Virus record (IMG/VR): IMGVR_UViG_3300014073_000001
DNA length: 64,000 bases
From: an uncultured virus (IMG/VR IMGVR_UViG_3300014073_000001)
Lineage: Duplodnaviria; Heunggongvirae; Uroviricota; Caudoviricetes
Reading direction: 5' to 3' (one strand)
Shown here in pieces: positions 21,851 to 30,565 of the stretch. How positions within the stretch are numbered: the stretch's first letter is position 1; each line of letters starts with the position of its first letter. The notes under the pieces are model-generated. The model worked only from the letters and a program-made list of their open reading frames with translations, did no database searches and had not been told where the DNA came from. Both the position numbers and the translations under genes were made by a program.

Positions 21851-22371
21851 CTACCGATTTGCGTCAGTTAAGATATAGACTACCAAACTGCGTTAGATAA
21901 AGATTGGGGTTATGGCTGTTGTTATATTATTATTTTTGGTTTACGAAAAGAGAAAACAACATAGTTATATATATACTATATTAGCTCTATGCAGGAATTT
22001 GGTCCTTGGCAAGCCGCTAAGCCTTGATTTTACTGGGTTGGAGACTGACGCAATTTGGTAGACTTTTGAACGCAATTTGGTAGGCATGACGCAAAATGGT
22101 AGTTTGAACGCAATCTGGTAGCCCTGCAAACGCAATTCGGTAGTGTTATGTAGACACTTTGTGGATAACTTTTCCTGACGCAAATCGGTAGCCTATTTTG
22201 TTCGAAATACCCGTTCTGACGCAAAATGGTAGCCTATTTTGCACTTTTTATAGCTATTGACGCAAAATGGTAGCATTGTACGATCGTTTTTTTAATTTAT
22301 CTGACGCAAAATGGTAGTCTGCCGTTTGATGAAATAAAACAATTTGGTAGCGAAGTATTGCAAAACGGTAG
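21851..22371. repeat. Iteron array and replication origin (consensus TGACGCAAWWTGGTAG) with DnaA box
   Basis: Reverse copies at 21851 and 21880; forward copies at 22046, 22068, 22087, 22106, 22128, 22176, 22217, 22258, 22302; degenerate copies near 22337 and 22358; perfect DnaA box TGTGGATAA at 22160; AT-rich tract about 21900-21985. Confidence 0.9.
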
Positions 22372-22645
22372 CCTGTTTAATATCTACATCCTGTAAATAT
22401 AAGCCCAAAGTAGCGTAATAAGATTATAGCAAACCTGTTTTAATCAAGGGAAGTGCTTGCTATTAATATGGACATCATCAATCTTCACAATGCAATCGCA
22501 CTCAATCATCACATGCTTGCATCTTACCTCAAACACAAAAAATCTAAAACTTCTACTAATTTCCTTTCTAATCTCAACTTGGGCTTAGACGGGATTTGCA
22601 ACATAAGAGGATGGTAGAGTCAATTCAAGTAAGGGAGGGTAATCA

Positions 22646-25498
22646 ATGGTAACACCAAATGAACAGCAAACTAATACTTCCCAAGCCAGAGCAGGCAACG
22701 AGCAAATAGCAAGAGCTATAGCCATGGGCCTTATCGCTACTGGTGTAGAAGGTGGATACGATGCCGTATCACGAAGCAGCAAGGGAGATTATCCGAGTAT
22801 AGGGTGCTCTCAGTGGGAAGGAGGACGGGCCGATACTTTATTATTTGCTATTCCTGGTGGGGAGCAGTTTGTCGGTAGAAGTTATTCGAGCCTTTCAAGC
22901 TCCGATATACAACAGTTGAAGCAACTCCTTGACTCAGAAAAAGGACAGGCGGCTCAGCAAGCACAGCTGTCGCAAGACTGTTTAGAGGACTATATACCAA
23001 CTTTAGCAGGTGTTGAGAAACTCAGCAAAGCAAAAAGTTATGTTTATGCTGGTATCTGGTGCCCGACATCTCATAATGTGGTCTCGGCATTTTTAAGAAA
23101 TAGGCAAGACCAATATGATATTAATGACCTTGAAACATTACGGGATATGTTCCGTGATCAATATTACATTGCGGCCGACGTAGGAGAGCAATATAAAGAT
23201 GGTTATGCGAACAGAGCAATAGCTACTTATAATTATGTGGCCGGATTAGACGATGCTATATCAAGCGCAGCCATTGATAAGTCGGTAGCCAATAGTGTAT
23301 TTAGCACCGCCCCAGGCACTGCAAAATCTTCTGATTCTGGTTTCAGTGTCTCGATGAAAACTCATGGGAAACATGCCGATTCTACTATAACGAAATTACC
23401 AAAGGGGAAAACATTTTGTGAACCAGTATACCCTGACCTGGTCACCGTATCCGACAAGGTACCGCAGTGGTTATTGGATCAGGTGAAGATCCCTGTAGAA
23501 AAGTGTGTTGACACCGGTATGCTAGTGTATCAGATTCCTACGAATGTCTTAAAAGATGCTTTGGGGCAGGATCTTGATTCCGTACTTGGTAGCGCAGCGA
23601 GCTCTAAAGAGCGTCAGAAGGCTTTCAATGCTAAAGCGCATCAGCGCGAATTCAAGCATCCGAACCCGGGTAAACCAGCCAATAATAATGAACCATTCCC
23701 TGTGGATCTAAAAATCGAAGAGCTTGAGACTCATAAACCTACGGTAAAAATCCATACGATCACCACATGCCCTGAAGCAGTCAATGCGGCTAAAGCGGTT
23801 CTGAAAGTATCCGACACTGCAGAGAAGCGCATCGTTAAGTTGGAAAATATGATGGCGACTATGCTTCGTTATCTCATGAGGATAGGCTCCAGGATGAACA
23901 TCAACTGTGTTTATTATGGCGGCCAGACTCCTTTTGAAAAATATAACTGCATTCGCTGTCTAAAAGATGACCGGCTCACTGATGGGCAGATGATATCGAT
24001 CGATCAGTGCTTAAACTGTACACGCTACGAGCCTATTATTGGTCAAGTGTATGAGATTATGAATGATCTCGGCGCGAACTTAGCATCTGTTTTAGATGAT
24101 AACCAAATGGCTTACATGAGCATGCAAGACTATATTGACTTTACACGCGTGGAGAATTACCACAAAGAGCGTGATAAAGCAACTCTCAATACGGCGACCG
24201 TCACGGTTCGTGATCCGGCTGAGAAAGAGTTCAAAGATCAATGGCCTGAAGGGGTTAAGATGAAGTGGGAGCTCGTTCCTGTAGAGGAGCAGAAGCCTCA
24301 CATCAACTGGAGACAGAGTATTCAGGATGATGGAAATAAGATGAATAAACTCTCTTCATTTCCGCAGGACGAAAAGAACGCGGGTACTAATATCACTGGA
24401 GGGAAAAGCGTCAATGTTAATATAATGAAAAAGAATGCAGATGCCATGAATAATGATGCCAATGCGGTTTTGGCTCCTCTTATTACCTTAGGCAAAAATG
24501 GTAGTGGCGTTTCCGATGAGCTGATTAACAAATTAAAAGGTGGCTTACAGAAAGATATTCAGGCGAAGGTTAAGGCCAGCCCGAATACCGATATTGACCC
24601 GTTGATCATTGCGGCTATTATGCATGCTGAGAATGCTTCTGATCCGGGCCAGGTTATCCAACGTTATTCTGAAGTCATGACAGAACTACAAATCAAAAAT
24701 CCTGCAATCGTCATATCTGCGTATAAGGCACAGGCGTCAACTTTTATGGGACAAGAAAAACCTGTCAAATTGCCGAGAATTGATATGGTCGTTAAGCCAG
24801 ATCCTAATGGATCAACTTCAGGATCGAGCAGTTCAACAACGCCGTCAGCATCCGGGGGCTTTGGCTTGAATTGGGAATCTAGAGAGTCGTGGTTGTGGCC
24901 ACAATTTGCTGAGCCCATGACGATCAATTTAACAGCTATGGGATCGAACACTCAAGATATAACTGCGTTCTTCCCGAGAGTGTGTTATATCTATGTGGAG
25001 CTCTGCAAGGTGGTGCAAACGAGCCGATTCGATGGTGAGCAGTTCGCCTTCCCGTTCTTTGAGGATCAGCTTAACCGTGTATGGTATGTGTCTCCATTCG
25101 GATGGCGCGATAGTACGCAATCAAGACATTGTGGTATCGATTTAGCCGTAGGGCCGGAAAATGCCGGCCTTGAAATTCATGCTGTTCAGGATGGCGTAGT
25201 AATCAACGTAGCTGGTGATGCTTATGGTACGTGGAACGGTATTGTGATTCAGCACGAAGGTGGCTGGTATAGTCGCTACTTCCATAATCGAGATACATTT
25301 GTCAGCGAAGGCGCCGTAGTTCACAAAGGTGATGTTATTGCCGCTGTTGGCGATACAGGCAGCCCTGGAGCATTCCATCTACATGTAGAGATATGCCAGG
25401 GTGGATCTGGAAGTGATAACGCACAAGACCCATTAATCCATTGGCCATTATTAAATGGACATCTTCAGGATGGCGGATCGCCATTAGCTGATCAGTAA
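22646..25498 (+). CDS. Multidomain peptidoglycan hydrolase: lysozyme-like N-domain, Cys-rich middle region, C-terminal M23 peptidase
   Basis: EGGYD...GCSQWEGGRA N-domain; CIRC...CLNC; M23 motifs HCGIDL, YFH, HLHVEI. Confidence 0.75.
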   Translation: MVTPNEQQTNTSQARAGNEQIARAIAMGLIATGVEGGYDAVSRSSKGDYPSIGCSQWEGGRADTLLFAIPGGEQFVGRSYSSLSSSDIQQLKQLLDSEKGQAAQQAQLSQDCLEDYIPTLAGVEKLSKAKSYVYAGIWCPTSHNVVSAFLRNRQDQYDINDLETLRDMFRDQYYIAADVGEQYKDGYANRAIATYNYVAGLDDAISSAAIDKSVANSVFSTAPGTAKSSDSGFSVSMKTHGKHADSTITKLPKGKTFCEPVYPDLVTVSDKVPQWLLDQVKIPVEKCVDTGMLVYQIPTNVLKDALGQDLDSVLGSAASSKERQKAFNAKAHQREFKHPNPGKPANNNEPFPVDLKIEELETHKPTVKIHTITTCPEAVNAAKAVLKVSDTAEKRIVKLENMMATMLRYLMRIGSRMNINCVYYGGQTPFEKYNCIRCLKDDRLTDGQMISIDQCLNCTRYEPIIGQVYEIMNDLGANLASVLDDNQMAYMSMQDYIDFTRVENYHKERDKATLNTATVTVRDPAEKEFKDQWPEGVKMKWELVPVEEQKPHINWRQSIQDDGNKMNKLSSFPQDEKNAGTNITGGKSVNVNIMKKNADAMNNDANAVLAPLITLGKNGSGVSDELINKLKGGLQKDIQAKVKASPNTDIDPLIIAAIMHAENASDPGQVIQRYSEVMTELQIKNPAIVISAYKAQASTFMGQEKPVKLPRIDMVVKPDPNGSTSGSSSSTTPSASGGFGLNWESRESWLWPQFAEPMTINLTAMGSNTQDITAFFPRVCYIYVELCKVVQTSRFDGEQFAFPFFEDQLNRVWYVSPFGWRDSTQSRHCGIDLAVGPENAGLEIHAVQDGVVINVAGDAYGTWNGIVIQHEGGWYSRYFHNRDTFVSEGAVVHKGDVIAAVGDTGSPGAFHLHVEICQGGSGSDNAQDPLIHWPLLNGHLQDGGSPLADQ

Positions 25499-25988
25499 TT
25501 GTTAATATAGCCATGCTAACCCGTAATAAATAGATGAGAATATCTAAAGGGGGAGTTAGCATGGCTATATTGCTATTAACGCTGGCCACTATCTTGGCCA
25601 AGAAAATTATGACTCGAGTGCTTGTAACGAGGCTCTTGGCTTATTTTTTTGTATCCTTCAATACTCCTTTAATGACCAGCATGTTCAGCTGGTCGTTTTT
25701 TTTGCCTAAGGAATCCTATTACCCCTTGTCTAAAAGTCGCTTAAAACGCAAAATAACGAGCGGTAAACTAGGTGATTATAAATAAAAAAGAGTGGTCGAT
25801 AGGTTTTTTTAAAACGTTTCACACGCGAGCGCCCTACTGTGCAGAGTCGTTTATTTTAAATTCAGCAGTAAGATGAATGATTTAAGTTGTAGTAGAATGT
25901 GATGCATGCTAGAAAATTGTCTTGATTGTAAATAATGGAGTGGTATCGAAGAGGAGTATTTATGTGAGAAAAGTTAGTCACGGCAGGT

Positions 25989-26022
25989 TTTAGGTGTTAT
26001 ATGTGGAATTATAACACCTAAA
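25989..26022. other. loxP/FRT-shaped recombination site (13-8-13)
   Basis: TTTAGGTGTTATA-TGTGGAAT-TATAACACCTAAA; perfect 13-bp arms, asymmetric 8-bp spacer, 69 bp upstream of a tyrosine recombinase. Confidence 0.7.
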
Positions 26023-26091
26023 GGAAGGATTTTCCTGATGGATGGAGAAAGGGTATTATAATTCGGCACCGGGTTATAAGGAGTTGATATT

Positions 26092-27132
26092 TTGGAAGTA
26101 ACGGTTCCTGAAGTGATTTATACAACATCCACCGATTTGGAAACAGTTCATGATGCTCTGCAAAATGTCAAAGCCGGATCGTCACACGATTATAATGCGT
26201 TTGACTTTAACAAGGCCGACAAGCAAGCGTTCATAAATAAGCTGGCCCAATTCTTACGTCTCTCTACCGCTCACGGTCGACCATCAGATGACACGATGAA
26301 TTCCTATGTGTCTCACATTAAGGAATTCGGTCGGTGGTGTTTTGATAAAGGCATAGATCCATTCACCGCATTCCCCCGTCATATCATCGGATATCGTGGT
26401 TATTTATATGAAGTCAAAAACAGATCATCTCGCACCGTGTCCGCTAAACTGTCGGCCGTACGTCGCTTCTATGAATCTGCATTGCATCATGAGTTGATAC
26501 AAAAAAACCCAGCTGCAGACATATTTGCTGAAACCAAGGATGATGACGATTTCGGTACACGATTTTTAACAGCTGGACATCTTGAATATCTTTTCCGAAT
26601 CATACCGAACGAAGGAGAAGAGAACTTACGAGCTAAAGCCATGATCGCTCTCATGGGCCTGGAAGGTCTCCGCCGCGTTGAGATCCACCGTGCGAATGAA
26701 GAAGACATGGATTGGCAGCATGGAATACTTATAGTGCACGGTAAAGGTAAGCGCCGGAGGGCTTACCCAAGGGAAGATACCTTGGTGATCTTGAAGCGAT
26801 ACCTCGATGTACGTTACGCTATTAGGAATGATAATGGTCAAACGCCTATGTTCACTTCGGTCTCCAATAACAGCCGTGGCAGGCGCTTACACCGAGACGG
26901 TGTTCATGACAACATAAAAAAATGGTTTAGTAAGGCGGGCATTGATTCGGATTTGAGCTGCCACTTATTACGCCATACGGCCGGTGCGCTTCTTTATCAG
27001 GAGACGAAGGATCTTCGCGCAGTACAAGAGACACTGGGACATGCTGATCCAAAGACGACGGCAAAGTATGCTCATATCCAGGACCGCATGGTTAATCGCT
27101 ACACGAAAGCAATACCGGTAAAGATATTGTGA
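26092..27132 (+). CDS. Tyrosine recombinase (XerC/D-like resolvase/integrase)
   Basis: SAM-like N-domain; catalytic R (GLRRVE), K (HGKG), HLLRH, LGHAD and Y (TAKYAH). Confidence 0.95.
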   Translation: MEVTVPEVIYTTSTDLETVHDALQNVKAGSSHDYNAFDFNKADKQAFINKLAQFLRLSTAHGRPSDDTMNSYVSHIKEFGRWCFDKGIDPFTAFPRHIIGYRGYLYEVKNRSSRTVSAKLSAVRRFYESALHHELIQKNPAADIFAETKDDDDFGTRFLTAGHLEYLFRIIPNEGEENLRAKAMIALMGLEGLRRVEIHRANEEDMDWQHGILIVHGKGKRRRAYPREDTLVILKRYLDVRYAIRNDNGQTPMFTSVSNNSRGRRLHRDGVHDNIKKWFSKAGIDSDLSCHLLRHTAGALLYQETKDLRAVQETLGHADPKTTAKYAHIQDRMVNRYTKAIPVKIL

Positions 27133-27431
27133 TATATATTAAGGAAGGAAACTTTTAAGAAGCGCAAGGGAGGCAGCCACTACGTATCTGTTTGCCTCGG
27201 TCGTACGAGGTAGCATCCATATCATTTATTAAAGAAAAGAGGCCGTAATTTTAATAACGACCGCTTAAATTATTTCTTATTAAAGTGCTTCTATTATAGT
27301 AAGCAGAAAAACCTATGATATAATATGTTTAGGTGGGGAGACAAGCCTCTTGCTCCGAGAACTATTGTGCCCTTCATGCGACGATTAGAGCGTTGATGTG
27401 ATCCAGATCGCATGAAGGGAGGCTGATACCA

Positions 27432-27524
27432 TTGAAATTCCATAGCATAAAACTGTGGCTACGGGTGAAAATACCGTTAGTGCTAGAATTTTCTTTCAGC
27501 TTTCTAGGCAAAAAAGAAAAGTAA
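27432..27524 (+). CDS. 30-aa peptide, candidate type I toxin (MKFHSIKLWLRVKIPLVLEFSFSFLGKKEK)
   Basis: TTG start; SD AAGGGAGG partly buried in a 12-bp stem (27370-27381/27408-27419); extended -10 TGATATAAT at 27316; terminator hairpin 27593-27623; not in the ORF track. Confidence 0.6.
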   Translation: MKFHSIKLWLRVKIPLVLEFSFSFLGKKEK

Positions 27525-27621
27525 GTAAAGCCCCACGCTTTACTTACCACTGAAGTAACCTATTCACAACCTCGGATCGCACAACGCTCACCGTAAAGGA
27601 TGTGTTCACAGCACATCCTTT
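27511..27621 (-). ncRNA. Candidate antisense antitoxin sRNA (~110 nt)
   Basis: Minus-strand promoter TTGTAT(27657)-18-TATAAT(27633); terminator 11-bp stem 27521-27547 followed by TTTTCTTTTT on the - strand; overlaps the 3' end of the peptide mRNA. Confidence 0.55.
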
Positions 27622-27944
27622 ACTTATATTATAACCTACTCTTGAGAAAATATACAAGTATAAATAAAGCCGCCGCAGTCGACTTTATAGGTTAATCTTC
27701 GGATTTGCGAATGTTACACTATCGGTGATTTCCTAATTAATGCTACAAGAGATCCTTTTACCTTTAGTGTTTTTTTACTTCGCCGTTCGTATGTACTACA
27801 GTCGAAAAAATTTTCATTGCTAGCTTTAATTGCTACACATCATCTGACAAGTAAGGGCTTCTTTCTCGGCCTTACTACTAAGTTAGTGTTACTCTATTCA
27901 TGCGACCTTATATTAGTCCTTTACTATTAAATTGATTACTAGGC

Positions 27945-28139
27945 TTAATATTTAAATAGTTTGAACAAATAATGCTTAGCCACGTAATATCCGCATATAA
28001 ACAGCACTAGTCCAAGTACTAATGCCTGTAGCATAGCTATTGTAGTAAGTATTACCTCATAAGTTAGTTTAAGGAATATAATCGCCAGCACCAAAAATAA
28101 TAGTGTGATTAAAACACGGTCTTGTGCTCGTCTGCTCAT
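27945..28139 (-). CDS. Small two-TM membrane protein
   Basis: MSRRAQDRVLITLLFLVLAIIF...LVLGLVLFICGYY; starts 1 nt after the upstream stop. Confidence 0.55.
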   Translation of the reverse strand: MSRRAQDRVLITLLFLVLAIIFLKLTYEVILTTIAMLQALVLGLVLFICGYYVAKHYLFKLFKY

Positions 28140-28140
28140 A

Positions 28141-28368
28141 TTACTCATTCCTCGTGATTGTTGCATTAGCATTATACTCGACTTCACCCAAATGCGTGTA
28201 AGCCACTGCCTGCTCTCTGGATCGTTGTTTTGTGTTTTTAATCAGATACGCAAGCTCATGGCATACGGCGTTGATTTTGACATGCTCTATTTGTTTGCCT
28301 TTGGGAGCGTGATAGCTATAATGGTTTTTAAGCTCTTGATTTTTTCTTTCCTTGATGATACTCGTAAT
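28141..28368 (-). pseudogene. Acb2/Tad1-like helical-hairpin protein lacking a canonical start codon
   Basis: Open 75-codon frame ...NHYSYHAPKGKQ...HELAYLIK...SREQAVAYTHLGEVEYNANATITRNE*; SD GGAGGG followed by ATT-ACG instead of ATG. Confidence 0.55.
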
Positions 28369-28704
28369 ATTTCACCCTCCTATTATGTAGGTTCCTAGTT
28401 TGTGTAATCCCTGTGTGCTAGACAAGCTTAGAACCGCCAATGAGTTCACGCCCTTAATGATCTGGACTACCGTTTATTATAATGTAATACGTTTTGAAAC
28501 CGGATTTTAGACGAAGTAGTAAAACGTATCTTTCAGCCGATTACCACATGCCCGTATTCGCAAGAATTCCTCCGTTTCCATATCGCTGATCCGCTTGGTT
28601 TGTATTTTTCTTATCTTATCGAAAACAAAATAACAAGATCAGGAAACTTTATATTGTATAATAGTATTAGCATCATCCTAGTGGAAAACACCTCAGCTTA
28701 GCAT

Positions 28705-29070
28705 CTAAAATTTATGAAATCTATTCAGCAAGCCTTTGTCGAATAACTCTTGAAAAAGCTTTTCGGTTACCATGGCTTTATTTGACTTAATCGCAGGTGT
28801 AAAACCTGCTGTGGGAAACACAATAATTTGTGCTCCTTCGAGCATCTTAGGTTTAATGCCTACTGCTTCTTCGACATCTACACCAGTCTCATAAAACATA
28901 ATAGCTTCACTAGCTATATTCAATTCTTTGGTGCTTCCTATTGGAGCAAACGTGAATGTAATTAGTCCGCCGAATTCGATCCTTTCTCTAAGTTTTTCAC
29001 TAGAACCATTAAAGTAAACCTCTTCAAAAATCATACCTTCTTTTAATCTCAGGTTTTGTACTACTAACAT
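28705..29070 (-). CDS. Hypothetical protein
   Basis: 121-aa ORF with SD GAGGA, co-oriented behind the sigma factor. Confidence 0.6.
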   Translation of the reverse strand: MLVVQNLRLKEGMIFEEVYFNGSSEKLRERIEFGGLITFTFAPIGSTKELNIASEAIMFYETGVDVEEAVGIKPKMLEGAQIIVFPTAGFTPAIKSNKAMVTEKLFQELFDKGLLNRFHKF

Positions 29071-29082
29071 TCTATCCTCTCC

Positions 29083-30060
29083 TCATGCACATTTATATGA
29101 AATAACCGCTTTCTTGCCGGACTTCCGGTTTCTCTTGATATCTTCTTCATTAATGCCGAGTACAGCTGCTAGTTTTGCTACAGCTTGTCGGCGCTTTTGA
29201 TTACATGTGTTAATGTGTATCGAGAACTCCTCAGCAATCTGCCGATCATTCCATTCCTCCATGTAATATTTCACCAGGAGTTTGCGCTCCAGCGGCGTCA
29301 GACATTGGAAGATATCACTGCAATTTTTTCCACTAATCCAGCTGAGGTCAGGAATACCTAAGCTGTTTTCGTAGAATTTATCCTCAAAACATTCTTCCTC
29401 GAAACATTCTTCTTCAGCGGTGGATTTCATATAATCTTCGTATTCACAGTTACGATAATGAATATTGAGCGGGTTACGCGTGAATTTCTTAATGTGACGA
29501 CTCACTTCATAGCGGAAACTATTGTATAGATAGCCACAGAAGCTACGGCCTATCGCCTTATATCGCTTAGCCATTTCCAAGAAGATCATATCGAGATCAA
29601 TTTTGATTTCATCTTCTGGCAAAGATCCGTAGGTCTCTTTAACAAAATTAAAGCGCTGGTATATTTGCTGACGGAACGCCGCTTTCTGTATCCGCCGGTG
29701 CAGTGCTTTCTTAAGAGGCTCTTCATCGATGAAGCTTGCAACGAACATTTTCATTTCGCTGTCATTAAAATCGATTTGGCCGCTTTTTAAAAGCACATTA
29801 TATTTCTTGAACAAGGGATAGAACTTTTTGATTAAGTTTTCAGCAGCTTGCTTGGACTGTTCAATTTGCTGATCAGCGGTACAAGGCTGGAATTGCTTCT
29901 GATACACAAAGACTAAGCTTTCGATCTCAGCCCATTCCTTCTCACGCTTTTCGCGCTTCGCTTCATCAGTACGTTCCACCAGTTTATCAATTAGTTGGTC
30001 TTTATCCAGGACTTCGTCCTGGATTTCTTCTACTGTATCAATATTTTTCTGACCTATCAA
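29083..30060 (-). CDS. Sigma-70-family RNA polymerase sigma factor (element-encoded)
   Basis: Region-2-like LIKKFYPL...SFCGYLYNSFRYEV; region-4 HTH LTPLERKLLVKYYMEEWNDRQIAEEFSIHINTCNQKRRQAVAKL. Confidence 0.75.
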   Translation of the reverse strand: MIGQKNIDTVEEIQDEVLDKDQLIDKLVERTDEAKREKREKEWAEIESLVFVYQKQFQPCTADQQIEQSKQAAENLIKKFYPLFKKYNVLLKSGQIDFNDSEMKMFVASFIDEEPLKKALHRRIQKAAFRQQIYQRFNFVKETYGSLPEDEIKIDLDMIFLEMAKRYKAIGRSFCGYLYNSFRYEVSRHIKKFTRNPLNIHYRNCEYEDYMKSTAEEECFEEECFEDKFYENSLGIPDLSWISGKNCSDIFQCLTPLERKLLVKYYMEEWNDRQIAEEFSIHINTCNQKRRQAVAKLAAVLGINEEDIKRNRKSGKKAVISYKCA

Positions 30061-30061
30061 T

Positions 30062-30268
30062 TTATTGATTCCTCCTTAGTGACGCCTCCTTCAATTTCTT
30101 CTTCTTGCGGGATTCCTTATTGATTTCATCCAGCGCTATCCACTCTTTACTTTTGTGCTCTCCTGGATAAATATCAAAGGTAGTTCCCTGTATTATGACC
30201 AAATATTTTTCCCTAAGTTTAAGGTCCAACTTACGACCTTCCGGTGCGATCATGGTTAAATGATGCAA
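30062..30268 (-). CDS. Hypothetical basic small protein, possibly truncated
   Basis: 68-aa ORF abutting the sigma factor; start uncertain. Confidence 0.35.
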   Translation of the reverse strand: MHHLTMIAPEGRKLDLKLREKYLVIIQGTTFDIYPGEHKSKEWIALDEINKESRKKKKLKEASLRRNQ

Positions 30269-30565
30269 TCTCGCATCTAAGGATCCATTGATCTACTTGC
30301 TGCGTTAGCAACTATTTTGCATTAGCAAGCTCACTATCCAGCTTGTCCAGTTGTTGAGCATAACTCTGGGTGATATCAAGAAGTACATAGTGGCGCCTTG
30401 TCACGGTACTGAGACCAACTAAAGGTATCTTTGTTGTATACTAACCGATATCATCCCTGTTCGTAACATACAGGGGGAGTTTTAATTTAGTTGCTAACAA
30501 AAGAAAAATCGATTCCATCAGATGCTGACATGCATAGTATAAGGTTAGCAACTAGTATTTGTCAA

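Noticed and set aside
21965..22224. 72- and 64-aa ORFs over the origin
   Set aside because: Their repeated LPNCV-type peptides are translations of iterons; no SD.
22046..22371. Repeat array as a possible CRISPR
   Set aside because: Units are 16 bp with 3-32-bp gaps, imperfect, adjacent to a Rep gene and DnaA box, and no cas genes are present; iterons explain it.
25534..25785. 83-aa hydrophobic ORF as a second type I toxin
   Set aside because: It has an SD at ATG 25561 but runs through terminator-like hairpins, and no antisense promoter was found; support is insufficient.
26092..27132. Recombinase as a prophage integrase marking an att boundary
   Set aside because: Element-type genes continue on both sides and no tRNA or host gene junction is visible; a resolvase role fits better.
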